A stretch of 64,000 bases of DNA from a virus: IMG/VR virus record IMGVR_UViG_3300032898_000001, positions 1 to 64,000 of that record; one strand, written 5' to 3'. Below the pieces are notes generated by a model. It saw only the letters and a list, made by a program, of their open reading frames with translations, searched no databases and was not told the DNA's origin. The position numbers were made by a program, and so were the translations under genes. Below are positions 7,909-18,329 of the stretch, in pieces. How positions within the stretch are numbered: position 1 is the first letter of the stretch; every line of letters begins with the position of its first letter.

Positions 7909-9131
7909 GCAACATTCCCACCACGGTCGCGCCCTCCGTCAAGTCCTGGCTCGGAATCGCCCGGGAGCTCACGGTCGGCACGCCGGTCCTGCCAGTCGTC
8001 ACGATCCCCCTGGACAAGGGCTCCTATGAGCCCGAGGACACCCCAATGTTCCTCCCGGATGAAGCCATCCGGGGCGCCATGGCGCTGCTGTATGGGGAGA
8101 TCCTCGGTGTTGAGGATGCCACGTTCTCGTACGGTGGCCCGGTCTTCGGGGACGTGTACGGGTTCTTCCTCGACAACGTCTTCGGCGACCTGTCCAGCGT
8201 CGGCACCAACACGGCCGGCGGCAGCTCCACCACGCACGCCGCCCTGGCCGCGGGAGTCACGACCCTCAGTGCCGCGTCCGGCACCGGTTTCGCCATCGGT
8301 CAGAACGTTCAGATCGGCACCGGCACCACCGCCGAGATCATCAAGCTGACCGCCGTCACCGGCACGTCCCTGACCTTCACCAACAACCCGCTACGCTTCG
8401 CGCACAGCTCGGCGGCGACGCTGCACACGGTCATCGGTCCCTACACCCACACGTTCGCCGCGCTGAACTCGGGAAGCGGTCAGCCGCCCACGCACACGGT
8501 CACCGACTACACGGGTCTTACCCCGACCGTCGGGGCCCGAGCCTACCCGTCGACCTGCATCGCTCAGATCGACTTCACCGGCAACGCCGAGCAGCTGTTC
8601 ACGGCCAAGGTCTCCGGTAACTCGTGGGTGAGCGCCCCGTCCGCGTCGGCTCCTACCCTGTCCACCAACTTCGTGGTCCCGCTCCCCAACTGGCGAGCCT
8701 CGGTCAAGGTCGGCGGGGTTCAGATTTACAACGTGGGTGACTGGACCGTCAGCATCAAGCGTCAGCTGCAGGTCTACTTCACCAACCAGGGCTTCCAGAA
8801 CCCGTTCATCATCGCGCGCGGCCCCCTGGACGCCACCGGCACCCTGAACTACACGGTCGCCGAGGACGAGACTCCGCTCACCCAGATGCTGAGCAACACG
8901 CAGCCCATCCTACAGTTCATCGTCAATAACGGGCTCTCCACCACCAACCAGATCCAGTACACCTTCAACATCCAGAAGGCCGCGTTCATCAAGTCCAAGA
9001 TCAGCCGGTCCGCGGTCCTGGTCGGCTACGAGGACGACTGGCAGGCCATCGCCAACACCACCAACGTGGGTGGCTCCGGCGGCCTGAGCCCGATTCAGAT
9101 GGTCGTCGTCAACAACTACGCCCCGTACTAG
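7905..9131 (+). CDS. Major tail tube protein
   Basis: WLGIARE..GTP N-terminus, YTHTF, beta-rich; precedes tail chaperone and TMP. Confidence 0.8.
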   Translation: MSNIPTTVAPSVKSWLGIARELTVGTPVLPVVTIPLDKGSYEPEDTPMFLPDEAIRGAMALLYGEILGVEDATFSYGGPVFGDVYGFFLDNVFGDLSSVGTNTAGGSSTTHAALAAGVTTLSAASGTGFAIGQNVQIGTGTTAEIIKLTAVTGTSLTFTNNPLRFAHSSAATLHTVIGPYTHTFAALNSGSGQPPTHTVTDYTGLTPTVGARAYPSTCIAQIDFTGNAEQLFTAKVSGNSWVSAPSASAPTLSTNFVVPLPNWRASVKVGGVQIYNVGDWTVSIKRQLQVYFTNQGFQNPFIIARGPLDATGTLNYTVAEDETPLTQMLSNTQPILQFIVNNGLSTTNQIQYTFNIQKAAFIKSKISRSAVLVGYEDDWQAIANTTNVGGSGGLSPIQMVVVNNYAPY

Positions 9132-9173
9132 ACCGTCACTCCTACCTCATCGTCGCTCATCAGAGAGGTCGCT

Positions 9174-9512
9174 ATGCGAATTGAGCTTCCCAGTGGCAAC
9201 TGGGTCGAGATCCGAGAGGCCCTGAAGGCCAAGGACAAGTTCGCCGTTCAGAACGCCGTGAAGTTCACCATGACCGACGGCAAGCAGCAGGAGTTCAGCG
9301 CCGGCATCCAGAACGAGATGCGCGCCGCCTTGCTCGGTCAGGTCATCACGGCCTGGTCCTTCGAGGGGATCCCGATTCCCTCCACCGGTCTCGCCCCGGC
9401 CGCTGTCGTCCTCGGAGAGACCCTGGACATCGACGACTACAACGAGCTGGAAAAGCAGACCGACGACCTCTTCGAGAAGGTACGCCTGGCCGGGGGGCGG
9501 TCCCCAAACTAG
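9174..9512 (+). CDS. Tail assembly chaperone (gpG-like)
   Basis: Position; ITAWSF; ends ...RSPN* at slippery heptamer. Confidence 0.8.
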   Translation: MRIELPSGNWVEIREALKAKDKFAVQNAVKFTMTDGKQQEFSAGIQNEMRAALLGQVITAWSFEGIPIPSTGLAPAAVVLGETLDIDDYNELEKQTDDLFEKVRLAGGRSPN

Positions 9513-9772
9513 AAAAAGCGCACCACCGTCTCGTCGCGATCTTTCTCAGCCAGGGCTGGTCTCACAACCTCCCGTACCCGGACGACCTACCTCCGGACAT
9601 GATGACGAAGCGGTGGTTCGCGAAGAACTACGGGTGGGACCCCGATCAGGTCGACCGTCTCGGGATTGAGTACCTCACCTGGCTTCCCGTGATCGAGGAT
9701 GCCGTGATGGTGGCGCAGGATCGGTTGCAGAAGCAGGAGGCTCGTCACCAACGGCCTCAGTCCCGTCACTGA
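9174..9772 (+). CDS. Tail assembly chaperone -1 frameshift product (gpGT-like)
   Basis: C CCA AAC at 9503-9509; -1 frame open to TGA 9772 and encodes YGWDPDQVDRL. Confidence 0.75.
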
Positions 9773-9784
9773 CGAGGAGGCGAC

Positions 9785-10234
9785 GTGAGCGGTATCGAGC
9801 TAACCGGTTTTCCCGAGATGCTGAGGGCGCTCGATTCTCTCATCGCTCGGGCCGGTACCGAGACCCCTCGAAAAGCCGCCGAAGAGATGGGCCGTGTCGC
9901 CGGTGACGAGATCCAGCGTCAACTGGCACTGTCATCCCACCCACCTCGTACCAAGACCCCGTCGGCTCCCGGAGAGCCGCCGTCGATGATCACCGGGGCG
10001 CTGCGTGCCTCGGTCAACCAGACGCAGAGCTTCGGGGAGCTCGGGCACTGGGAGGTACACCGGGCACCTACCACGGTGTACGCCCGCATTCAGGAACTCG
10101 GTGGCTGGACCGGGGCCGGTCACCAGACCTACCTGCCGCCTCGTCCCTACGTCCGACCGGCTCTCGACATCGCGCGCGACAAGATCCAAGATGCCGCGAT
10201 CGACGTCTTCCGTGACCTGGTGGAAGGAGCCTGA
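9785..10234 (+). CDS. HK97 gp10-like tail completion protein
   Basis: SAPGEPP..TGALRAS..YARIQELGG..PPRPYVRPA. Confidence 0.75.
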   Translation: MSGIELTGFPEMLRALDSLIARAGTETPRKAAEEMGRVAGDEIQRQLALSSHPPRTKTPSAPGEPPSMITGALRASVNQTQSFGELGHWEVHRAPTTVYARIQELGGWTGAGHQTYLPPRPYVRPALDIARDKIQDAAIDVFRDLVEGA

Positions 10235-13200
10235 TGGCCGGCAACGAGCTGCCCCCGGTTATCGCGCAGCTGATCGCCGACACCGCGGACTTCATCGAGA
10301 AGTTCACCGAGGCCCGCGACCTCGCCGAGGAACTCGCGCCGGCCATCGAGCTCGCGTCGGACGCGGTCAAGCAGCTCAGCGACGCGTCTCTCGACGCGGC
10401 CATCGCTCTCGACGAGGTCTCAACGCGGTTCAACGACGTTCGTGACGCGGCCGTAGAGGCCGGGGCCGCGCTGGAGTTGAACCGCGACGCCCTGGTCGAG
10501 GTCGCGATCTCTGCCGATGAGGTCCGTGATCGAGTCCTTGAGGCGACGATCGGCTTCGATGACCTCGCGGTCTCGAGTCGCGCGGCCGCCGAAGAGATGC
10601 AGAAGGTCCGAGATGACTCGGTCGAGGCCGCGACGTCGATGGGTCACCTGAGAGACGACGCGGCTGAGGCCAGTGGGGCCCTGGACGCCCTGGCCGTCTC
10701 GGAGGACGCGGCCGGAGACGAGGCCAAGAAGTCCGCGATCGACGTATCGGCCCTGAGCGCCGCGATCAAGAGCAGCGGCGGTGCCGCGAGCACGGCCGCC
10801 GGTTTCATCGAAAAATGGGGCCTGATCATAACGGCCGCGTCCGGTCCCGCGGCCGGCCTGCTCCTGGCCGCGATCCCCCTGGCGTTCCTCGGTATCGGTA
10901 TCGCAGCCGAGAAGTCGAACTCGCAGGTCACCGCCGCCTTCGGCAAGATGAAAAACACGATCACGTCGACCTTCAAAGAGGCCTTCGCCCCGATCGTGCC
11001 GTACCTGGTTCAGGCCATGGGCATGATCGGTGACACGGTCAAGGGCCTCGAACCGATCTTCCATTCCATCGCTCAATCTCTCGGTCCGATCATCACGACG
11101 ATCGCCGGCGGCCTCGACGCCATGGCGCAGAACATCCTACCCGCGTTCGCGACCGTGATGTCCAACGTGCTTCCCGTTGTCAAGGCCCTGATGAACGGCC
11201 TCGATGAGCTGTCGGCCGGGCTCGGTCAGTTCTTTGCGAGCCTGAACATCGGTGAGGCCGCTCAGGGACTGAGCGCGCTGCTCGGTGGGGTCGCCCAGCT
11301 TCTTCCCGTACTCGGCAAGCTGCTTAACGCTCTCATGCCGGTCGGCAACATCATCCTGCGCACCTTGGTCCCGGCCATCGTGGAGTTCGCGAACATGGTC
11401 GCGGGCGCGTTCATCCCGGTCGTTCACCAGATCACGCCGGTCATGACCGAGATCGCGGACGTCGTCGTGGAGGTCATTCAGACCTTCGGTGAGCTGCTCA
11501 AGGCCGCGATGCCGCTGATCCCGGGCATCCTGCAGGTCATCGGTGCCGTCGCTCAACTCGACACCGTTTTCGAGGCCCTCGAACCTCTTTTCAACACGGT
11601 CGTCAAGGCCCTGATGCCGATCATCAGCATCATCGCTCAGATCGCGAACGTCATCGTCGGTGACCTGAACGGGGCGCTGCTGGCGGCCGCGAAGGACGTT
11701 CAGCCGCTGATCCCGTTCTTCGGCAAGGCCCTTCAGGGAGCCCTGCAGGCGGTTCTCGACGTCGTCAAGGCCCTGTCCCCCATCTTCATGGGGATCTTCA
11801 ACTGGATGGCCAGTCACGTCCAGGTCGTCGACGCGTTCGCGGTCGCGATCGTTTCCATCTGGGCGGCCATGAAGGCGTGGGCCATCATCATGGCGATCTG
11901 CGAAGGAGCCGCCGCGGCGCTCTCGGTCGCGATGGGCATCCTGGACGCGGTCATGGACGCCAACCCCATCATGCTGATCATTCTCGCCGTGATCGCTCTC
12001 GTCGCCGCGTTCATCTACCTGTGGCAGAACAGCGCCGCCTTCCGCAACTTCTGGGAGGGCCTGTGGAAGGGAATCAAGGACGCGGCCACCGCGGTCGTGA
12101 ACTGGTTCAAGGGACCGTTCGTCAACTTCTTCAAGGACGCCTGGAAGGACATCGTCGACGGGGCCAAGGCCTTCGTCAACTTCTTCAAGGACCTACCGCA
12201 AAACATCGGCAACGCGTTCAAGGCCCTTGGCAACCTCATCGCGAGCGGGGCCTCGGCTGCCTGGCACGGCCTCACGACCGGTCTCTCCGATGCCGGGAAA
12301 GCGATCCTTGACTTCTTCAAGAACCTGCCTCACGACATCGGGTTCGCGATCGGGTTCCTGCTCGGTCTCGGTGTCAAGATCATGCAGGGACTGATCAACG
12401 GCATCAAGAGCGGCGCGACCGCCGTCATCAACTTCTTCAAGGCCCTGCCCGGTGAGATCAAGAGCTTCTTCACGAGTGCCGGTAACTGGCTGCTGCACAC
12501 CGGTGAGACCATTCTCAAGGGACTGTGGAGCGGCATCACCACGGCGGCCAAGGACGTCTGGAACTTTTTCAAGAACCTCCCTCAGAACATCTGGAACTTC
12601 CTCGTCAACGCTCAAAACTGGCTCGACACGACGGGACACGACATCCTCAAGGGGTTGTGGAACGGCATCGTCGCTGGAGCTGAAGACGTCTGGAACTTCT
12701 TCAAGAACCTGCCGCAAAACATCTGGAAGTTCCTGGTCAACGCCCAGAACTGGCTCGACACCACCGGTCACGACATCTTGAAAGGCCTCTGGAACGGCAT
12801 CGTCAACGGGGCCGAGGCGGTCTGGAACTGGTTGAAGGGGCTTCCCGACGACATCCTCGGGTTCCTCAAGGACGCTGGTAACTGGCTCGTTCAGGTCGGC
12901 AAGGACATCATCAGCGGCCTGCTTCACGGTATCTCCGCCGCGGTCTCCGGCATCGGCAGCTTCATCAGCAAGATCGGTTCCGGCATCGTCAGCGGCTTCA
13001 AGGCAGCTCTCGGCATCGGGTCCCCGTCCAAGGTGATGGCCCAAGAGGTCGGCCAGTACATCACGCACGGCATCGCTCAGGGCATGCTACAGGGTGTCTC
13101 GTCCGTTCACAGCGCCATCAGCAGCATCGGCAACACGATCTCTCGCGGCAACTACGGCAGCCTGACCGGTACGAGCTCCTTCGGCTTGACCGCCTTGCCC

Positions 13201-13350
13201 GGAGGAAGCAGCGCGCAGTCTCAGCCCCTGCAGATCACGATCCAGATGAACACGAGCGACGTGCAGAAGTGGCTGCAGACCGGCACGCTGCGCTACAACC
13301 TGCGCAATCCCACCAACGGCCTCACTCTGTTCGGACGGGGGTCCTCGTGA
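10234..13350 (+). CDS. Tape measure protein
   Basis: 1038 aa helical, DANPIMLII motif, W/F 11-residue periodicity, LGIGSPSKV near C-terminus. Confidence 0.9.
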   Translation: MAGNELPPVIAQLIADTADFIEKFTEARDLAEELAPAIELASDAVKQLSDASLDAAIALDEVSTRFNDVRDAAVEAGAALELNRDALVEVAISADEVRDRVLEATIGFDDLAVSSRAAAEEMQKVRDDSVEAATSMGHLRDDAAEASGALDALAVSEDAAGDEAKKSAIDVSALSAAIKSSGGAASTAAGFIEKWGLIITAASGPAAGLLLAAIPLAFLGIGIAAEKSNSQVTAAFGKMKNTITSTFKEAFAPIVPYLVQAMGMIGDTVKGLEPIFHSIAQSLGPIITTIAGGLDAMAQNILPAFATVMSNVLPVVKALMNGLDELSAGLGQFFASLNIGEAAQGLSALLGGVAQLLPVLGKLLNALMPVGNIILRTLVPAIVEFANMVAGAFIPVVHQITPVMTEIADVVVEVIQTFGELLKAAMPLIPGILQVIGAVAQLDTVFEALEPLFNTVVKALMPIISIIAQIANVIVGDLNGALLAAAKDVQPLIPFFGKALQGALQAVLDVVKALSPIFMGIFNWMASHVQVVDAFAVAIVSIWAAMKAWAIIMAICEGAAAALSVAMGILDAVMDANPIMLIILAVIALVAAFIYLWQNSAAFRNFWEGLWKGIKDAATAVVNWFKGPFVNFFKDAWKDIVDGAKAFVNFFKDLPQNIGNAFKALGNLIASGASAAWHGLTTGLSDAGKAILDFFKNLPHDIGFAIGFLLGLGVKIMQGLINGIKSGATAVINFFKALPGEIKSFFTSAGNWLLHTGETILKGLWSGITTAAKDVWNFFKNLPQNIWNFLVNAQNWLDTTGHDILKGLWNGIVAGAEDVWNFFKNLPQNIWKFLVNAQNWLDTTGHDILKGLWNGIVNGAEAVWNWLKGLPDDILGFLKDAGNWLVQVGKDIISGLLHGISAAVSGIGSFISKIGSGIVSGFKAALGIGSPSKVMAQEVGQYITHGIAQGMLQGVSSVHSAISSIGNTISRGNYGSLTGTSSFGLTALPGGSSAQSQPLQITIQMNTSDVQKWLQTGTLRYNLRNPTNGLTLFGRGSS
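12553..12816 (+). repeat. 132-nt (44-aa) tandem duplication in TMP
   Basis: DVWNFFKNLPQNIW.FLVNAQNWLDTTGHDILKGLWNGIV.GAE occurs twice. Confidence 0.85.
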
Positions 13351-16300
13351 GCGTCACGTTCATCAACGGCTGGTTCGGTGGCTGGGCGGTAGCCGACGGC
13401 TACGTCACCACCGCTCCGGCCAACCACTCGGTCGACATCCCGGTCAGTGGGGTCACCAGCGGTCACTGGCTGATCGCCGCCGTGGGGTGGCACACCGTGC
13501 CGCAGATCGAGACCACGATCACCGTTGGCGACGACGCGGCCAATTACTGGGTCCCGATCGCGACCTCGTACACCGACGGCTCTAGCCTGGCCCTCAACCC
13601 GAACTGGGCGTTCAGTAGCGGCAGCTCTAGCTGGACCGTGGCGGATGGCACGCTCACTAGCGCCACGAACATCATGTACGGCTCACACGCGAAGTCGTTG
13701 AAGATCACTCCAGCCGGCAACGCGGCCATCGGGTTCGTCAACTTCAGTGGCGGGTACGTCGCGGTGACCGGCGGCAACCTGTACACGGTCACCTTCTGGA
13801 TGTTCTCACCGACCGGGTACCAGAGCGTTCAGGTCGGTATCGCACAAGAAAACTCGTCCCACACGTACTTTGGGTCACTGCTGGGATCCTACTCGTTCGT
13901 GCCTCCCAACACGTGGACCCCCGTCACGTACACGGTCGCCGTGTCGAGCACGTGTGCGTATGCCTCTCCTCAAGTGCTGATGCGCAACGGTCCTCAGCCG
14001 TGGGACATCATGTACGTGGGACAGGCGACCTTGTCTCCCGGTGGTGGTTTCTCGTCGGAAGCGCGAGTCGCGATCTGGGCCGCTCCCAACGTCTCACCAC
14101 CTACCAACGTCGCCATCTCACCGCTCGGCCAGGTCACCGGCTTGAACGCTCGTATCATGGAGTTCTCGGGATTCCCGACCTGGTTGGACACGGACGCCAT
14201 CTCGACGACGTTCGTCAACAACTCGTCAACCGCCAAGCTGTCGCTGACTCCCACTCAGAGCGACTTCATTCTTACCGCGGCCGTCGACAACAACGTCTCA
14301 TACCCGATCAGCCGTCTTGCCACGGGCTGGTCCGCCACCACGAAGTGGTCGTCGTTCACCAACGGCACCGACACCGTCGGTGACACGTACCTCCTGGCGT
14401 CGTGGACGACCTCCGGATCACCCACGTCCGTCACGTTCTACGCCACTAACCCGATCAACACCAACCCGTTGTTCGTGTCCAACACGACGGGCTGGCAGGC
14501 AGTCAACTCCACCATCGCGTTGTCGAGCACGCCGGTATACAGCACCGCGACCACGCACAACATGAAGATCACTCCCAACGGGACGAGCTCGGTCGTCGGC
14601 GCGTCGATCACCAACGCGACCGCTCCCGCCGTGACGCCGGGGCTGACCTACTTCGCCGAGGCGTATCTGCACGCCCCGTTCGCGAGCGGCAACGTCTCCG
14701 CGACGGTCACCATGACCTGGCAGACGTCCGGGCACGCCGCCATCTCGAGCCTCACCAGCGCTATCAGCACCGTCGTCGGTGCCACCAGTGCGACGTGGTA
14801 CAACGCGGTCGTTCAGGGGCAGGCACCGGCGACCGCCGCGTTCGCGACGATGACGATCAACCTTCGTGGTCATCTCGCGGCCACGCGCATCGTCAACGTC
14901 GGCAGGGCCAGCCTGAACAAGGCCAGCAACGCCAACGTCGGCATCGGGGCCGCGATGGTTGGGTTCCAGCTCACACCGACCATCCCGTCTCAGCCCAACA
15001 GCACCTGGCCGGACGTTCACTTCGAGGTCGCCTTCGGCCAGGCCTCCGGTACCGCCCCGGACCAGCTCGTGTGGACGGACATCTCCGACCGGCTCTTGTC
15101 GTGGTCTCTCGACCGCGGTCGCCAGTACGAGCTTAACTCCCTGGAGTCGGCTCAGCTCACCATGGCACTGCGCAACGACGACGGCAAGCTCACTCCGGGA
15201 AGCTCGGCCGCCGGTGCCTACCAGGTGGAGGTGTACTCCCCGGCGCGCATCACCGCCCGCTGGCAGGGAAAGATCTACGGGATCTACCGGGGCTACATCG
15301 AGCGCTGGCCCCAGTCCTGGGAAGACATCCACTTCGGCATCGTTCCCGCGATCGGCGTGGACGCGTGGGCCATGTTCGTGACCACGCTTCGGTCCATCCT
15401 GCAGAACGAGATCCTGCTCGACAACCCGTTCGGGTACTGGCCGTGCGGGGACGCCAAGGGACAGACCACGGCCATCAACCTCGGCACGTTCCCCGGCAAC
15501 GGTCAGTTCTCCCTGGCCTCCACGAAGTCCCTTATCGGCACCACGACCTCGGCGTCCGCGACGTTCGGGGCCGACACGATGCCGCTCGTGGGAGACGCGG
15601 GAACGTGCTGGAACATGAACGGCCTCACCTCGAGCCAGGCCAACCTCGGCTACAGCCTGCAGTACACCGGTCCCTACTTGCCGCCCCTGACCTTGAACCC
15701 CACCATCACCTGGCGTGCCTTCCCCATCTACACGGGACCGGCACCGGTTCCAGGCAACCGACTCGCCATCATGACCCTAAACGGGCAGAACAACAACCCG
15801 GTCATCTCGGTGTGGATGGACTCGGGAACCGGCATCCACGTCACCACCTGGAACGCGACCACCGGGGCGCAGACCGACCACACCCCCAGCAGCTCGTTCG
15901 GCTACAGCTTCAACACGATCTACTTCTTGCTTCTCACTCCCACCACGTTCACGCTCTACATCGGCGGCACGGACACGTTGACGGGCACGGAAAACTTCCA
16001 GGTCAACGTGTCCTCACTGACGATGAACGGCCGACGAGACAACCTCAACCACGGCCAGTTCGGCAACATCTCCATCTCTCACGTCGCGTACTTCCCGCGC
16101 CCCCTGGACTACTCCCGGTTCGTCACCTACTCGTTCAGCGCGACCAACGGGATGGCCGGTGACTTCGGGGACTGGCGCGTCAGCCGGCTCTTGTCCTACA
16201 TCGGCTGGTCACAGGCCGCCCGGATCTTCGGTGACGGAAGCGACCAACAGATGGCCGGTGCCACGGACATCGCCGGAAACGACGTGGCCACCGCGATCAA

Positions 16301-16994
16301 CAACATCGCGCAGACCGAGCAGGCGCTGAACTACGTCGACCGTAACGGCTACATCGTCTATCGAACTCGTCAACACGCCCTCGATCGGTCCTCTCAGGCC
16401 ACGTTTGGGCAGAACGTGACCGGCGGTGAGATCCCCTATCTCATCAGTCTTCAGCTCGACTACGACCCTCAGTACATCAGCAACGACATCCAGATGACGC
16501 ACCAGGGAACCCCGCCGTTCAGCGCGACCGGAGAGGCGCAGAGCGCGAGCACCTCGGTGTCGATCACTCTCACCAACCAGTCGTCGGTTAACCAGTACAG
16601 TGACCGTAGCCTGCAGCTCACGTCCTACTTCAGCGACGTGAGCCAGTCGATCAACCTCACGAACTGGCTGATCAACCAGTACAGCTACCCTCACATGCGA
16701 GTCGCTCAGGTCGAGGTCACTCCAGCCTCAAATCCGACCTTGTTCGCCAAGCTGCTGAGCCTGGACATCGGTGATTTCGTCACGCTGAAAATGACCCCCA
16801 TCGGGGCGAATAACACGATCAAGCTGCCAGTTATGATCATCGGCATGCACCACGACGTGGAGTGGAAGGCGGGTAAGTGGGTGATGCGATTCGACATCAT
16901 GCCCCAACAGATCGCCGCTCTGCAGAGCGTCACCCTGAAACTGAACGACGCCGTCCTCGGCAAGCTCGACTCCGGCAACGTGATTGGCTGGTAG
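13347..16994 (+). CDS. Large minor tail/tail-tip protein with carbohydrate-binding-like and LamG-like domains
   Basis: GTGA coupling to TMP; two CBM4/9-like units (NP.F..W..S/MKITP..VT.G..Y); WTDISDR..RGRQ..LRNDDG; P-GYWP. Confidence 0.75.
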   Translation: MSVTFINGWFGGWAVADGYVTTAPANHSVDIPVSGVTSGHWLIAAVGWHTVPQIETTITVGDDAANYWVPIATSYTDGSSLALNPNWAFSSGSSSWTVADGTLTSATNIMYGSHAKSLKITPAGNAAIGFVNFSGGYVAVTGGNLYTVTFWMFSPTGYQSVQVGIAQENSSHTYFGSLLGSYSFVPPNTWTPVTYTVAVSSTCAYASPQVLMRNGPQPWDIMYVGQATLSPGGGFSSEARVAIWAAPNVSPPTNVAISPLGQVTGLNARIMEFSGFPTWLDTDAISTTFVNNSSTAKLSLTPTQSDFILTAAVDNNVSYPISRLATGWSATTKWSSFTNGTDTVGDTYLLASWTTSGSPTSVTFYATNPINTNPLFVSNTTGWQAVNSTIALSSTPVYSTATTHNMKITPNGTSSVVGASITNATAPAVTPGLTYFAEAYLHAPFASGNVSATVTMTWQTSGHAAISSLTSAISTVVGATSATWYNAVVQGQAPATAAFATMTINLRGHLAATRIVNVGRASLNKASNANVGIGAAMVGFQLTPTIPSQPNSTWPDVHFEVAFGQASGTAPDQLVWTDISDRLLSWSLDRGRQYELNSLESAQLTMALRNDDGKLTPGSSAAGAYQVEVYSPARITARWQGKIYGIYRGYIERWPQSWEDIHFGIVPAIGVDAWAMFVTTLRSILQNEILLDNPFGYWPCGDAKGQTTAINLGTFPGNGQFSLASTKSLIGTTTSASATFGADTMPLVGDAGTCWNMNGLTSSQANLGYSLQYTGPYLPPLTLNPTITWRAFPIYTGPAPVPGNRLAIMTLNGQNNNPVISVWMDSGTGIHVTTWNATTGAQTDHTPSSSFGYSFNTIYFLLLTPTTFTLYIGGTDTLTGTENFQVNVSSLTMNGRRDNLNHGQFGNISISHVAYFPRPLDYSRFVTYSFSATNGMAGDFGDWRVSRLLSYIGWSQAARIFGDGSDQQMAGATDIAGNDVATAINNIAQTEQALNYVDRNGYIVYRTRQHALDRSSQATFGQNVTGGEIPYLISLQLDYDPQYISNDIQMTHQGTPPFSATGEAQSASTSVSITLTNQSSVNQYSDRSLQLTSYFSDVSQSINLTNWLINQYSYPHMRVAQVEVTPASNPTLFAKLLSLDIGDFVTLKMTPIGANNTIKLPVMIIGMHHDVEWKAGKWVMRFDIMPQQIAALQSVTLKLNDAVLGKLDSGNVIGW

Positions 16995-16997
16995 ACC

Positions 16998-17519
16998 ATG
17001 GCCTCGGTTCCCACCCCCCACCAGTTCGTCGTCGGCGAGGACGCCACCGCGACCAATATCAACACGTACTACTCGGGGATCTCGTTCCTGCAGAACCCAC
17101 CCGCGTTCAAGCTCATCACGACGTCGACCGTCACCATCCCGAACAACACGTTCACCGCGGTCACGTGGAACGACCCGGTCCTGGATAGCTACGGGGGCTG
17201 GAACAGCGGCGCCCCGACCCGGTACACGGCGCAGGTCGCGGGCTACTACTTCCTCGCGGGCAACACCGGATGGGCCCCGGCAGTCGACAACGGTCACACC
17301 TGTGTTTCCGTTATCGGGGTCAACGGCACCCAGTTCACGGAGACCGACTACCTGAACAACACGCCGAACAACACCGGCTTCACCGGTGGTGGCATGTTCG
17401 GTAGCACGATCATCTTTCTCAACGTCAACGACTACGTCGAGTACATCACTCTTCAGGACACCGGCGCCAGCCGGACCATCAGCCAGGGGCAGATGATCGG
17501 GTTCTGGCTGCATATCTAA
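16998..17519 (+). CDS. Tail fibre/C1q-like tail protein
   Basis: VTWN..DSYGGW..TRYTAQVAGYY..LNVNDYVE. Confidence 0.65.
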   Translation: MASVPTPHQFVVGEDATATNINTYYSGISFLQNPPAFKLITTSTVTIPNNTFTAVTWNDPVLDSYGGWNSGAPTRYTAQVAGYYFLAGNTGWAPAVDNGHTCVSVIGVNGTQFTETDYLNNTPNNTGFTGGGMFGSTIIFLNVNDYVEYITLQDTGASRTISQGQMIGFWLHI

Positions 17520-17532
17520 GAAAAGAGACAAC

Positions 17533-17841
17533 ATGACGACTTATGCTCAGTTCTCACAGAACACCCCCTCTTTCGTTGCCGTGCAGTGGTTGAACGGCAC
17601 CGACGGCGGACAGGACTTCGACACGTTCATCGCCAACTTCACGGGAAACGTGACCTTCTCAGTCAACGAGGACGGGTCAGTTCACTACGTTCAGGCAGGT
17701 GGTACGGGAGACATCCCGCTCGGAACGTGGCTCATCCACGGCCCGTACTGGGGTGAGCTGCCGGAGACCCTGTCGTTCAATGACTTCGGCAACCTCTGGC
17801 TCGACAACGACGACTTCACCGCTCAGTTCACAGCTCTGTAG
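17533..17841 (+). CDS. Hypothetical tail-associated protein
   Basis: Clean ORF with RBS following tail fibre. Confidence 0.55.
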   Translation: MTTYAQFSQNTPSFVAVQWLNGTDGGQDFDTFIANFTGNVTFSVNEDGSVHYVQAGGTGDIPLGTWLIHGPYWGELPETLSFNDFGNLWLDNDDFTAQFTAL

Positions 17842-17865
17842 TTCCACGAAAGGGGACCCCGCGAT

Positions 17866-18150
17866 ATGGACGCGATCTGGGCATCGGTTATCAGCGTCGT
17901 TGGTGTCGTTCTGCTCTCGCCTCTCGGTCTGTTTCTCGCGGGCCGGCTCGTCCCCGTTTCACGCGTCACGGATGCCGAGAAAACGGCAGCCACCTGGAAA
18001 GAGTCATACGATACGCTCAAGACGGCGTTCGACAAGCAGACCGAGCTCCTGACTCGCCAGCAGCAGACCGCCGAGATCACCGACAAGGTGATGTCGGCCG
18101 TGAACCAAAGAATCGACCGACTCGAGACGAATCGCGGGGTGGTCCCGTGA
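17866..18150 (+). CDS. Membrane protein with coiled coil (lysis region)
   Basis: N-terminal TM, GRLVP..W motif typical of actinophage lysis-adjacent genes. Confidence 0.6.
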   Translation: MDAIWASVISVVGVVLLSPLGLFLAGRLVPVSRVTDAEKTAATWKESYDTLKTAFDKQTELLTRQQQTAEITDKVMSAVNQRIDRLETNRGVVP

Positions 18151-18167
18151 GGAAAAAGCGGTGCGAT

Positions 18168-18329
18168 ATGACTGGTCAAGAAGCGGCCGAGGACGCGCTC
18201 GCTGAAGCTCAGCAGGCCCACGATCTGCTCGACCAGGCCGAACGAGAGATGCGACCGGTCCTGGACCGGATCGACAAGGCCGTGAAGGAAAACGCCATCT
18301 TCGCCAAGTTCATGGAGACACTGAGATGA
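18168..18329 (+). CDS. Small helical protein (lysis region)
   Basis: EN-x-F motif; ATGA coupling to the next gene. Confidence 0.5.
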   Translation: MTGQEAAEDALAEAQQAHDLLDQAEREMRPVLDRIDKAVKENAIFAKFMETLR

